From an uncultured Actinomycetota bacterium (GTDB lineage: Bacteria; Actinomycetota; Actinomycetes; Actinomycetales; Dermatophilaceae), in contig CAVQLI010000008.1 in NCBI GenBank assembly GCA_963713345.1, forward strand, positions 530,606-594,605: a stretch of DNA of 64,000 nucleotides. Reading direction: 5' to 3'. The position numbers were made by a program, and so were the translations under genes. The notes beneath the pieces are model-generated. The model ran no database searches, was not told the DNA's origin, and was given only the letters and a program-made list of their open reading frames with translations. Position 1 is the first letter of the stretch, and every line of letters begins with the position of its first letter. This document shows positions 20,745 through 29,968 of this stretch, one piece after another.

Positions 20745-22085
20745 TCATGGTGAGGTCTGCCCGGGTGGCTGTGTCGGGGTGGGCCGTGCGACCTCGGAGG
20801 GTCGGGCGAGGATCAGGAGCCCGATCATGGAGGCGCCGATGGTGGCGATCATGAGCACGGCTGTCGGGACGGCAGAGTGTTCGCCGCCGAGGCCGGCGAG
20901 TGGGGCGATCGTGCCGGCGGCGACCCATTGGACGAACCCGAGCAGCGCCGAGCCGGTGCCGGGATGTTCGGGGACCTCGGCGGCGGCCAGCGCGCCTCCG
21001 TTGGGGCCGATCAGTCCCTGTGCACTCATCAGGACGAAGAAGCACACCATCGCGACCGGCAGCGGGGTGTGAAACCAGATCGCGCCGATCAGCATCCCGA
21101 TCCCGGCGGCCAGGGCGGCGACCTGGCCGACCAGGATGACTTTGCGGGTGGCGACCCGGCCGGCGAGCCGGGCCGCGACGAAGGCGGCGACGGTCATGCC
21201 GGCGGCGTTGGCGGCGAAGTCGATCGAGTATCCGATCGGTGACATCCCGTTCATCGACTGGAGCACGAATGCCGACGTGGCCACGTACGCGAATACCGCA
21301 CCCATGGCCGACCCGGAGACGATCACGTACCCGATGTAGCGGCGGTTGCGCAGCACCTCCCGGCTCGCCGTCACGAACGTCCGCAGGCCGCCGGGGTGGC
21401 GGCTGTGTGGGGGCAGGGTTTCCGGGACCGCGACCAGCACGGCGACGATCATGAAGACGCCGAGCGCGGCGACGGTCCAGAACGACACCCGCCACTGCGA
21501 CAGCTGCAGAATCACCGCCCCTAGCAGCGGTCCGACGATGGGGGCGAGGCCGCCGACGGCGGCGATCACATTCAGCACCCGCACGAGCTGGGCACCGCGG
21601 GCGAGGTCGATGATGACGGCCCGGCCGATGACCATGGCCCAGCCTCCGGCGAAACCCTGAACGAGACGGGCTACGGCCAGTACTCCGATGGTGGGGGCCA
21701 GGGCGCACAGCACCGACGCGGCGGTCATGGCCACGATCGCGGCCAGCAGCGGCATGCGGCGGCCGCGCTGGTCGGAGACCGGGCCACCGACGAGCTGGCC
21801 GAGGGCCATCCCGATGAAGAACGTGGTCAGCGTCAGCTGCACCTGGGTGGCGGTAGCGGACAGGTCGGCCGCGACGGCCGGGAACGCCGGCACGTACATG
21901 TCGGTGGCCAGCGGCGCGATCGCGGTCAGGAACACCACCGTCGCGACCACGGCGACGCTGACCCTGGCCCGAATGTCGGTGGTCGGTGGGTGCGGGTGGT
22001 CGCCGAGGTACTCGCAGTCGGGGCAGAAGCCCAGGTGGTTGGGGATGCTGGTTCGGCGGTCGGTCACGGTGCGGGGCTCACTCAC
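20745..22085 (-). CDS. Bcr/CflA family multidrug efflux MFS transporter
   Basis: PLATDMYVPAFP, VQLTLT, GPVSDQRGRR and PETLP motifs; GTGA overlap with the upstream ADH stop. Confidence 0.9.
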   Translation of the reverse strand: MSEPRTVTDRRTSIPNHLGFCPDCEYLGDHPHPPTTDIRARVSVAVVATVVFLTAIAPLATDMYVPAFPAVAADLSATATQVQLTLTTFFIGMALGQLVGGPVSDQRGRRMPLLAAIVAMTAASVLCALAPTIGVLAVARLVQGFAGGWAMVIGRAVIIDLARGAQLVRVLNVIAAVGGLAPIVGPLLGAVILQLSQWRVSFWTVAALGVFMIVAVLVAVPETLPPHSRHPGGLRTFVTASREVLRNRRYIGYVIVSGSAMGAVFAYVATSAFVLQSMNGMSPIGYSIDFAANAAGMTVAAFVAARLAGRVATRKVILVGQVAALAAGIGMLIGAIWFHTPLPVAMVCFFVLMSAQGLIGPNGGALAAAEVPEHPGTGSALLGFVQWVAAGTIAPLAGLGGEHSAVPTAVLMIATIGASMIGLLILARPSEVARPTPTQPPGQTSP

Positions 22086-23104
22086 AGCTCCAGCAGCACC
22101 TTGATCGCACGGCGCTCGTCCATCGCCTGGTAGCCGGCGGCCGCATCGGCGAGCGGCAGCGTGAGGTCGAAGACCTTGCCCGGGTCGATAGTGCGGTCCC
22201 AGATGAGCTGGATCAGCTCCGGCAGGAATCTGCGGACCGGGGCGGGTCCGCCGTGCAGGTGTACGCCGGTGAAGAACAGGTCCAGACCGTTGAGCTGCAC
22301 TCCGTGGGCGACTCCGACGTAGCCGACATGTCCGCCAGGGCGGGTCGCGTTGATCGCCTGCCACATCGACTCCTGGGTGCCGACGGCCTCGACCACCGAA
22401 TGCGCGCCGTACCCTCCGGTCAGCTCCTTGACCCTGGCCGCCCCCTCGGCGCCGCGTTCCTCGATGTTGTCGGTGGCGCCGAACTCCCGCGCCAGCGCCT
22501 GCCGGTCGGCGTGCCGGCTCATCGCGATGATCCGCTCGGCGCCGAGCTGCTTCGCGGCCAGGATCGCCAACAGTCCGACCGCGCCGTCACCGACGACGGC
22601 GACCGTCTTGCCCGGGCCGGCGGCCGCGGCCACGGCGGCGAACCATCCCGTGCCGAGCACATCGGAGGCAGCCATCAGCGACGGGATGAGCTCGGCTTCA
22701 GGAACACCCGGGGTGGCGACCAGGGTGCCGTCGGCCAGCGGGATCCGCGCCAGCTCGGCCTGGGTGCCGACCGAGCCCATCATCACGTTGTGGACGCAGC
22801 GGGACTGGTACCCGGCCTGGCAGATCTCGCAGGTGTTGTCGGAGGCTACGAAAGACCCGACGACGTAGTCGCCGACCGTGATGGTGCCCACCTGGTCGCC
22901 GACCTGCTCGACGACGCCGAGGTACTCGTGCCCCATCGGCGTCGGCCCGCTCAGCGCTTCGACACCGCGGTAGGGCCACAGATCCGAGCCGCAGATGCAG
23001 GTGGCGGTCACCCGGATGATCGCATCGGTCGGCTCGACGATGATCGGGTCCTCCCGGACCTCAACCCGTACATCGCCGGGGGCGTGCATCACGACTCCAC
23101 GCAT
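22082..23104 (-). CDS. Zinc-dependent alcohol dehydrogenase family protein
   Basis: CICGSDLWPY, GHEYLG, CEICQAGYQSRC and VGDGAVG motifs. Confidence 0.95.
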   Translation of the reverse strand: MRGVVMHAPGDVRVEVREDPIIVEPTDAIIRVTATCICGSDLWPYRGVEALSGPTPMGHEYLGVVEQVGDQVGTITVGDYVVGSFVASDNTCEICQAGYQSRCVHNVMMGSVGTQAELARIPLADGTLVATPGVPEAELIPSLMAASDVLGTGWFAAVAAAAGPGKTVAVVGDGAVGLLAILAAKQLGAERIIAMSRHADRQALAREFGATDNIEERGAEGAARVKELTGGYGAHSVVEAVGTQESMWQAINATRPGGHVGYVGVAHGVQLNGLDLFFTGVHLHGGPAPVRRFLPELIQLIWDRTIDPGKVFDLTLPLADAAAGYQAMDERRAIKVLLEL

Positions 23105-23245
23105 TCGGTGATTCTCCTCACGGTCAGGCTCGCCTCGATTACTCACTACAGACAACCTCGTCACAGCACCGGGTGGGAGTCCCTATCGAAGGGTGTACCG
23201 GCAGGGCATCCCACCCGTAGGGCTGCTCGTCGTACCGTCGAGGCC

Positions 23246-24133
23246 ATGGACAACCGTGCCGAGGTCCGCGAGTTCCTCATCTCTCGACGCGCCAAGATCA
23301 CCCCCGCCGAGGCAGGGCTGCCCCAGATCGGGGCCCGTCGTGTGCCCGGCCTACGCCGAGGAGAGGTCGCCACCCTGGCCGGGGTCAGCGTCGAGTACTA
23401 CGCCAAGCTGGAACGTGGCGCCATCGCCGGCGTCTCCGCATCCGTGCTGGACGCGCTCGCGCGTGCCCTCCGCCTCGACGACGCCGAACGGGCCCACCTA
23501 TTTCACCTGGCCCACGCCGCCGACGGCACCAGCGCCGGCATGCGGCCCCGGCGACGCCCCACGAACCAGTGGACCCCGAGGCCCTCCCTGCAATGGGTCC
23601 TCGACCGGTTCACTGCCCCGGCGATCATCCGCAACGGACGAATGGACCTCCTGGCCACCAACCACCTCGGCCGCGCCATGCACGCGACCCTCTATGAGAC
23701 CGTCCCAGACGGTGTCGTACCTAACTTCGTCCGGTTCACGTTCCTGCACCTCGACGGCGCCCACGACTTCTACCCCGACTGGGAAACCGCCGCCGACACC
23801 AGCGTCGCCATCCTGCACACCGAAGCCGGCCGCGACCCCCACGACAAGCACCTACACGACCTCGTCGGGGAGTTGTCCACCCGCAGCGACGACTTCCGTC
23901 GCCGGTGGGGCGCCCACGATGTCCGCTACCACGGCGCCGGCAGAAAGACCTTCCACCACCGCGACGTCGGCGACCTCGAACTGGCCTACGAAAGCATGGA
24001 CATGATCTCCGACCCCGGCCTCACCCTCACCCTCTACGCCGCCGAACCAGCCTCGCCCAGCGCCAACGCCCTCGACCTGCTCGCGTCCTGGACCACGCCC
24101 ACCCTGACACCGTCCCCAGCCATCACTCCGTGA
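23246..24133 (+). CDS. XRE-family HTH regulator with MmyB-like ligand-binding domain
   Basis: EVREFLISRRAKITP, PGLRRGEVATLAGVSVEYYAKLERG and FHHRDVGDLELAYE motifs. Confidence 0.95.
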   Translation: MDNRAEVREFLISRRAKITPAEAGLPQIGARRVPGLRRGEVATLAGVSVEYYAKLERGAIAGVSASVLDALARALRLDDAERAHLFHLAHAADGTSAGMRPRRRPTNQWTPRPSLQWVLDRFTAPAIIRNGRMDLLATNHLGRAMHATLYETVPDGVVPNFVRFTFLHLDGAHDFYPDWETAADTSVAILHTEAGRDPHDKHLHDLVGELSTRSDDFRRRWGAHDVRYHGAGRKTFHHRDVGDLELAYESMDMISDPGLTLTLYAAEPASPSANALDLLASWTTPTLTPSPAITP

Positions 24134-24248
24134 CGACAGCTCAAGACGGACAGCAACCCTGACCCACTTCCAACGCCTGAGGTGTACTGACAGGACTTCC
24201 CACGACAGGGCGTTCCCTCCCCTGGCTGCGACTTCTAGCGTCGACACC

Positions 24249-24821
24249 ATGCCCGCCGATCAGTTGCCAACTCGCCCCTCCCCTGGACGGCTGACCCTAC
24301 TAAGCCTCGCCCTCACCGCAGTCCTGTCGACAGCCACCGCCTGTGCCAGCAGTCAAACCACCGCCGGAGGCGACTCAGCCCTCGCAGCCGGCACGAGCGC
24401 AGCCAAGCCACCATCTGCCCCGACTACCACTCCAACAGCGCCGACCGGAAAGGAAACCGCCCCCGTGACCACCCTCCGCATCACCGTCGCTGGCCAGACC
24501 GTCACCGCAACACTCAACGACACCCCCACCGCGCAAGACCTCGCCCGGCAGCTCCCCCTGACCATCACCCTCGACGACTTCAACAACGTCGAAAAGGTCG
24601 GCAAACTGCCCCGACCACTCACCATGGACGGCGTTCCCGCCGGTGCCGATCCCGACATCAACGACATCGGGTACTACGCACCATCAAACGGACTCGTCTT
24701 CTACTACGGCAACGTCGGCTACTTCAACGGCATCGTCCGCCTCGGCCGACTCCCCGCAGCCGACATGCAACTCATCCAACGCCAAGCCGGCAATTTCACC
24801 ATCACCATCCAACAGGGCTGA
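24249..24821 (+). CDS. Exported cyclophilin-like fold protein (probable lipoprotein)
   Basis: Hydrophobic signal ending TATAC; ATLNDTPTAQDLARQLPLT, NVEK, GDI-like NDIGYYAPSNGLVFYYG. Confidence 0.8.
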   Translation: MPADQLPTRPSPGRLTLLSLALTAVLSTATACASSQTTAGGDSALAAGTSAAKPPSAPTTTPTAPTGKETAPVTTLRITVAGQTVTATLNDTPTAQDLARQLPLTITLDDFNNVEKVGKLPRPLTMDGVPAGADPDINDIGYYAPSNGLVFYYGNVGYFNGIVRLGRLPAADMQLIQRQAGNFTITIQQG

Positions 24822-25031
24822 CCCGCGGGCCGACCGGCGCGCCGACTCACGACGCGCTCTCGCCCGCATGTCACTTACGCGACAACGAAGTCCTGACAGC
24901 CGAGCGGTGGAGAGCGGGCGGGGCCATACTCCTCGACTTCCGAGGTACGAGCGGCATCCACCAACCGCGCCCTGCGTGCCTACATTGGAGCGCTACGTCG
25001 CAGGTCCCGAGCCCTCTGCGCAATGCTCGCT

Positions 25032-25220
25032 CATGCCGCTGTCGGGGCGGGACGCCCGACCATCATGCCGCTGTCGGGGCGGGACGCCCGACCATCATGC
25101 CGCTGTCGGGGCGGGACGCCCGACCATCATGCCGCTGTCGGGGCGGGACGCCCGACCATCATGCCGCTGTCGGGGCGGGACGCCCGACCTATGCCGCTGT
25201 CGGGGCGGGACGCCCCACCA
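25032..25220. repeat. Tandem array of a 32-bp unit (4 perfect and 2 degenerate copies)
   Basis: Unit CATGCCGCTGTCGGGGCGGGACGCCCGACCAT starts at 25032, 25064, 25096 and 25128; degenerate copies at 25160 and 25191; no spacers; internal GTCGGG/CCCGAC inverted repeat. Confidence 0.95.
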
Positions 25221-25512
25221 TGCCGCCGCTACCGCCGATCGCCGTCCGCCCCGCCGCCGACCCTGACCCGACCCCACGTCGGCCCGCGATCCGTCCCTGC
25301 CGACGTCCTGATCCGACGACCCGACCCCCTACGCCACCGCTCCTAGGGCCCAGCGGAGCGTCGTAACCCGCCCCATGTACGGGACCAGCATCGCCCTTCT
25401 CACGGTTGTGAGAAGTGGTCAGGCGGGGGGCATCAAGGGGGCAGAGGCAAGTCTCACAGACGAAACCCTCGCCACCATGTCACCGTTTGCGCTGGTCAGA
25501 CGGGGTGTCGGT

Positions 25513-25588
25513 TGGTGGAGCTGCGGGGATTCGAACCCCGGGCCTTCTCATTGCGAACGAGACGCGCTACCAACTGCGCCACAGCCCC
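25513..25588 (-). tRNA. tRNA-Ala(CGC)
   Basis: GGGGCTGTGGCGCAGTTGGTAGCGCGTCTCGTTCGCAATGAGAAGGCCCGGGGTTCGAATCCCCGCAGCTCCACCA; cloverleaf, CGC anticodon, encoded CCA. Confidence 0.97.
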
Positions 25589-25756
25589 AAGTGCGGACCA
25601 CACGATAACACCCAGCGGCACCCGTCCGAGACCACGACCGAGGCACCCGGAGGCCTCGGGGGCCTGCCTCATCGGAGGGTTCGCCGCGTCGGCGACCGAA
25701 CTAGCGTGAGGAGCGCTCCCGACGCCGTGAGCAGCCCCAACCCTGGAGGGACGTCG

Positions 25757-26872
25757 ATGAAGACCAAGGCCGCCGTCGTGTACGAGTTCGGCAAACCGAT
25801 CGAGATCGAGGAGCTGGACCTCGACGGACCCAAGGCGGGTGAGGTGCTGATCCGCTACACGTATGCGGGTCTGTGCCACTCCGATGTCCACGTCGCGCAC
25901 GGCGACCTCGAGGCCCGCCTGCCGATGGTGCTCGGCCACGAGGGCGCGGGGATCATCGAGGAGGTCGGGCCCGGCGTGACCCGGGTCGCGGTCGGCGACC
26001 ACGTCGTCTGCTCCTTCATCCCGAACTGCGGTACCTGCCGGTACTGCGCCACGGGACGCCAGTCGATCTGCGACATGGGCGCGACGATCCTCGAGGGGTA
26101 CCTGCCAGGACCGCGCTTCCCCATCACCGGTCCGCGCGGCGACTACGGCGCGATGTGCATGCTCGGGACGTTCAGCCAGTACGGCGTCATCAGCCAGACC
26201 TCGTGCGTCAAGGTCGACGACGACCTCCCGCTCGACAAGGCGGTCCTCGTCGGCTGCGGGGTACCGACCGGATGGGGTTCCGCCGTCAACTCCGCCGCGC
26301 TCAAGGCCGGCGACACGGCGGTGATCTTCGGCGTCGGTGGCATCGGGATCAACGCCGTCCAGGGCGCCCGGCACGCGGGGGCCAAGAACGTCATCGCCAT
26401 CGACCCGCTGGAGAACAAGCGTGAGAAGGCCATGGAGCTCGGCGCGACCCATGCCTTCGCCACCGCCGAGGAGGCCATGCCGGTCCTCACCGAGCTCACC
26501 CGCGGCCAGATGGCCGACGCGGCGATCCTCACCCCGGGCCTGGTGACCTCGGAGATCGTCACCCAGGGGTTCCACTCGGTCGGCAAGGGCGGCGTGGTCG
26601 TCGTCACCGGGCTCAACAAGCTCATGGAGCAGACCATCGAGCTGCCCGGAACGATCCTCACCCTCTGGCGCAAGACGGTGAAGGGCAGCCTGTTCGGCGA
26701 CTGCAACCCGACGACCGACATCCCGAAGATCCTCGGGCTCTACCAGTCCGGCGACCTCAAGCTCGACGAGCTCATCACGCGTACCTACACGCTCGAGCAG
26801 GTCCAAGAGGGGTACGACGACCTCCTGGCCGGCAAGAACGTGCGCGGGATCGTGGTCCACGACCACTCGTGA
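25757..26872 (+). CDS. Zn-dependent NDMA-type (nicotinoprotein, Rxyl_3153-like) alcohol dehydrogenase
   Basis: AGLCHSD, LGHEGAG, CGTCRYCATGRQSIC, GCGVPTGWGSA, GVGGIG and GSLFG motifs; subfamily assignment from recall. Confidence 0.85.
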   Translation: MKTKAAVVYEFGKPIEIEELDLDGPKAGEVLIRYTYAGLCHSDVHVAHGDLEARLPMVLGHEGAGIIEEVGPGVTRVAVGDHVVCSFIPNCGTCRYCATGRQSICDMGATILEGYLPGPRFPITGPRGDYGAMCMLGTFSQYGVISQTSCVKVDDDLPLDKAVLVGCGVPTGWGSAVNSAALKAGDTAVIFGVGGIGINAVQGARHAGAKNVIAIDPLENKREKAMELGATHAFATAEEAMPVLTELTRGQMADAAILTPGLVTSEIVTQGFHSVGKGGVVVVTGLNKLMEQTIELPGTILTLWRKTVKGSLFGDCNPTTDIPKILGLYQSGDLKLDELITRTYTLEQVQEGYDDLLAGKNVRGIVVHDHS

Positions 26873-27786
26873 GCCTGACCGAGATCGACGAGTATGCGGG
26901 TCCGGCCGGCGTCGTCGGCCGGATCCGCGAGACCGAACTGCTCCGGGCGGCCCTCGACTGCGGCGCGCACGTCGTGCTCGAGGGCCCGCCCGGCACCGGC
27001 AAGAGCACCCTGCTGCGCGCCGTCGCCGCCTCGACCGGACGGCCGTTCCACTTCGTCGAGGGCAACGCCGACCTCACCCCGAGCCGGCTGACCGGTCACT
27101 TCGACCCGGCCCAGGTGCTGAGCCGCGGCTACCAGCCCGACGTCTACGTCGACGGACCTCTCATCGCGGCGCTCCGCGCCGGGGCGTTGCTCTACCTCGA
27201 GGAGCTGAACCGGGTCCCCGAGGAGACGCTGAACGTACTGCTCACCGTCATGTCGGAGGCCGAGCTGACCGTGCCGCGGCTCGGGACGATCCGGGCCGAA
27301 CCAGGGTTCCGGCTGGTCGCCGCCATGAACCCGTTCGACGCCGTCGGCACCGCCCGGATCTCCTCCGCGGTCTACGACCGGACCTGCCGGATCGCCATGG
27401 GATACCAGTCGGCCACCGAGGAGGAGCGGATCACCGCACTGCGCTCGGTCGTCGTCGACGACGTGTGGCGGGCCAAGGTCGTCGACCTCGTCCGCCGGAC
27501 CCGCGACCACTCCGACATCCGGGTCGGGTCGTCGGTGCGCGGCGCGATCGACCTCGTCAAGGTCGCGGCGTCGCTGGCCCGCCTCCGGGGCACCTCGACC
27601 GACGACTGGCGGGTCGGCCTCGACGCGGCCCTCGTCGCGCTCTCCGGCCGGATCCGCCTCTCGGAGTCCAGCCGCCGCGCGCCCGAGGCCGTTGTCACCG
27701 AGCTCTACACGAGCGTCTTCGGGGCCGACCCCGCGGCGGGAGACGACTCGCATACGGAAGAGGAACCCCCGCCGGGGGAAGCCTGA
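26869..27786 (+). CDS. MoxR-family AAA+ ATPase
   Basis: Walker A GPPGTGKS, Walker B LYLEELNR, AAMNP sensor, AVYDR; acidic/Pro-rich tail DDSHTEEEPPPG. Confidence 0.92.
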   Translation: MSLTEIDEYAGPAGVVGRIRETELLRAALDCGAHVVLEGPPGTGKSTLLRAVAASTGRPFHFVEGNADLTPSRLTGHFDPAQVLSRGYQPDVYVDGPLIAALRAGALLYLEELNRVPEETLNVLLTVMSEAELTVPRLGTIRAEPGFRLVAAMNPFDAVGTARISSAVYDRTCRIAMGYQSATEEERITALRSVVVDDVWRAKVVDLVRRTRDHSDIRVGSSVRGAIDLVKVAASLARLRGTSTDDWRVGLDAALVALSGRIRLSESSRRAPEAVVTELYTSVFGADPAAGDDSHTEEEPPPGEA

Positions 27787-28727
27787 GCCCGTCCCCGCCC
27801 GCGCGGCGGGACGGGCCGACCTCACCGCAGCGCAAGAACCGGGCCACCTCCCGGACCGTGGGCCGGGCCGAGCTGTCTCGACGCCCCAACTTCGCCGAGG
27901 TCTCCCCGGAGGTCGGCGTCATCGACGAGGAGGCCCTCGGCCGGCTGGCTGTGGAGGACCTCGACGCGGCCGTGACACTGCTGGCCGACATGGTCCACGC
28001 CACCGACGAGGTCCTGCGCGACGAGGCCCGCCGGCTTGCGGCGCGCCTCGTCCTCGACCGGGTGCGGCACGGACGGCCCGCCTCGACCGGGCTCGGTCGG
28101 CTGCGGAGCGTCCGGGCCGAGGAGGGTGCCGACCTCGACGTCGACGCGTCCCTCGACGCGCTCACCGACGCACGAGCCGCCGGCCGGCACCCGGACCTGC
28201 GCGACCTCCGTGCGCACGCCTGGGCGCGGCCCAAGCTCGCGGTCTGCCTGCTGGTCGACACCTCCGGGTCGATGGCCGGCGAGCGCCTCGCCACGGCCTC
28301 GCTCGCGGTCGCGGCGTGCGCGCTGCGCGCGCGGGAGGAGTATGCGGTGCTGGCCTTCGCGAAGTCGGTCACCGTCGTGCGCGACCTGCAGGACTCCCCT
28401 CGGACTGAGGACGTCGTCGACGCCACGCTGGCGCTGCGTGGCCACGGTCTCACCGGCCTGGCCGGAGCCCTGGACCGCGCCGCCGAGACCCTCAGCCGGT
28501 CCCGGGCGTCCCGTCGAGTGGTGGTGCTGCTGTCCGACTGTCGCGCGACGGACGGGGTCGATCCCGTGCCGGCGGCGGCGGGCCTCGCCGAGCTGCTCGT
28601 CGTGGCCCCGGAGGGTGACGCCGACGATGCCAGCGTCCTGGCCGCGGCCGCCGATGCCCGGCTCGCGCTGGTCAGCCGGCCCAGCGACGTCGTCGAGGCC
28701 CTGAACGAGCTGCTCCGAACCGGATGA
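27783..28727 (+). CDS. vWA domain protein (start unresolved; possibly translated as a -1 frameshift fusion)
   Basis: MIDAS LLVDTSGSM, LRGHGLT and VLLSD motifs; frame is -1 relative to the AAA+ gene; no SD-preceded start near the junction. Confidence 0.85.
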   Translation: MSPSPPARRDGPTSPQRKNRATSRTVGRAELSRRPNFAEVSPEVGVIDEEALGRLAVEDLDAAVTLLADMVHATDEVLRDEARRLAARLVLDRVRHGRPASTGLGRLRSVRAEEGADLDVDASLDALTDARAAGRHPDLRDLRAHAWARPKLAVCLLVDTSGSMAGERLATASLAVAACALRAREEYAVLAFAKSVTVVRDLQDSPRTEDVVDATLALRGHGLTGLAGALDRAAETLSRSRASRRVVVLLSDCRATDGVDPVPAAAGLAELLVVAPEGDADDASVLAAAADARLALVSRPSDVVEALNELLRTG

Positions 28728-28792
28728 AGCTACCCGGCCATCGGCTTGCTCCGGCGGCGCGCGGTCGAGCCGCACCGCATACGCTCGCAGGT

Positions 28793-29941
28793 ATGCCGAC
28801 GCCACCCGCGACGACCGACCCGCCGACCACGCGGGAGACGTTCGTGCCGCCCCTCGTGCGCGCGGCGAGCGAGTGGGCGTGGCGCTCCATCGTCATCGGC
28901 GTCGCGGCGATCGCCTTCCTCTACCTGCTCGGCTTCCTCAGCGAGGTGGTCATCCCGCTCACGGTGGGACTGCTCCTCTGCGCCCTGCTGTCGTCGATCC
29001 ACCTTCGGCTGGCCCGGGTCATGCCTCGGGGAGCCGCCGCCGGGGTGACCGTCCTCGGGACACTGCTCGTCATCGCGGGGCTGCTGGCCCTGGTGGGGAC
29101 GCAGATCTCGGGTGGGTTCGACTCCATGTCGGAGCAGGTCAGCACCGGGATCACGCAGGTCCGTGACTGGATCCGGGGCACCTTGGGGATCAGCGACGAC
29201 CAGTTCGGCCAGTACCTCGAGCAGATCAAGCAGTTCCTCTCCAGCGCCAACCTCGGGTCGTCCCTGAGCAAGGCCGGCGTCACCGCGGGTCACTTCGTCG
29301 CGGGCACCTTCATCGCGCTGTTCGCGCTGTTCTTCTTCCTCTACGACGGCCCGCGGATCTGGGCGTGGGTCGTCCGGCTGTTCCCGCGCGTCGCCCGTGA
29401 CCGGGTGGACTCCTCCGGCACCGTCGCGTGGGGGCAGCTCACCGCCTACACGCGAGCGACGGTGCTGGTCGCCGCGGTCGACGCCGTCGGGATCACCGCC
29501 GGCGCGCTGATTCTGCGGGTGCCGTTCGCGTTCGCCATCGGTGTGCTGGTGTTCCTGCTGTCGTTCATCCCCATCGTCGGCGCGCTCCTGAGCGGCGCGG
29601 TGGCGGTCCTCATCGCCCTCGTCGCGCACGGGCCGGTGACCGCACTGATCATGCTGGCCGTCGTCATCGGAGTGCAGCAGCTGGAGTCACACGTGCTCCA
29701 GCCGTTCATCCTCGGCCGGTCGGTGCGTGTCCACCCGCTCGCGGTCATCGCCGCCATCGCCACCGGCGCGATCCTCGCCGGCATCGTCGGCACGCTCGTC
29801 GCGGTCCCGGTCGTGGCGGTGGTCAAGGCTGTGGCCGAGCACCTGTTCCGGCACGACGACAACGACGACAGCGAGGAGGTCGGTGGGAGCCCGCCGGTCC
29901 TCGACGACGCCCCTGTAGCGGCCGGGGAGTCGCCCGCCTGA
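28793..29941 (+). CDS. AI-2E family transporter
   Basis: FFFLYDGPRIW, FLLSFIPIVGA, QQLESHVLQP and GRSVRVHP motifs. Confidence 0.9.
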   Translation: MPTPPATTDPPTTRETFVPPLVRAASEWAWRSIVIGVAAIAFLYLLGFLSEVVIPLTVGLLLCALLSSIHLRLARVMPRGAAAGVTVLGTLLVIAGLLALVGTQISGGFDSMSEQVSTGITQVRDWIRGTLGISDDQFGQYLEQIKQFLSSANLGSSLSKAGVTAGHFVAGTFIALFALFFFLYDGPRIWAWVVRLFPRVARDRVDSSGTVAWGQLTAYTRATVLVAAVDAVGITAGALILRVPFAFAIGVLVFLLSFIPIVGALLSGAVAVLIALVAHGPVTALIMLAVVIGVQQLESHVLQPFILGRSVRVHPLAVIAAIATGAILAGIVGTLVAVPVVAVVKAVAEHLFRHDDNDDSEEVGGSPPVLDDAPVAAGESPA

Positions 29942-29968
29942 CCGACGGCTGACTCTCCGGCCGGTCGC

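Larger units (their letters stand above)
16374..25557. mobile_element. tRNA-Ala(CGC)-integrated genomic island, about 9.1 kb, with no intact integrase
   Basis: 43-bp direct repeats at both ends; displaced terminator; accessory cargo; truncated MFS inside. Confidence 0.85.

Noticed and set aside
25032-25220. CRISPR array
   Set aside because: Repeats are head-to-tail with no unique spacers, and there are no cas genes in the window.
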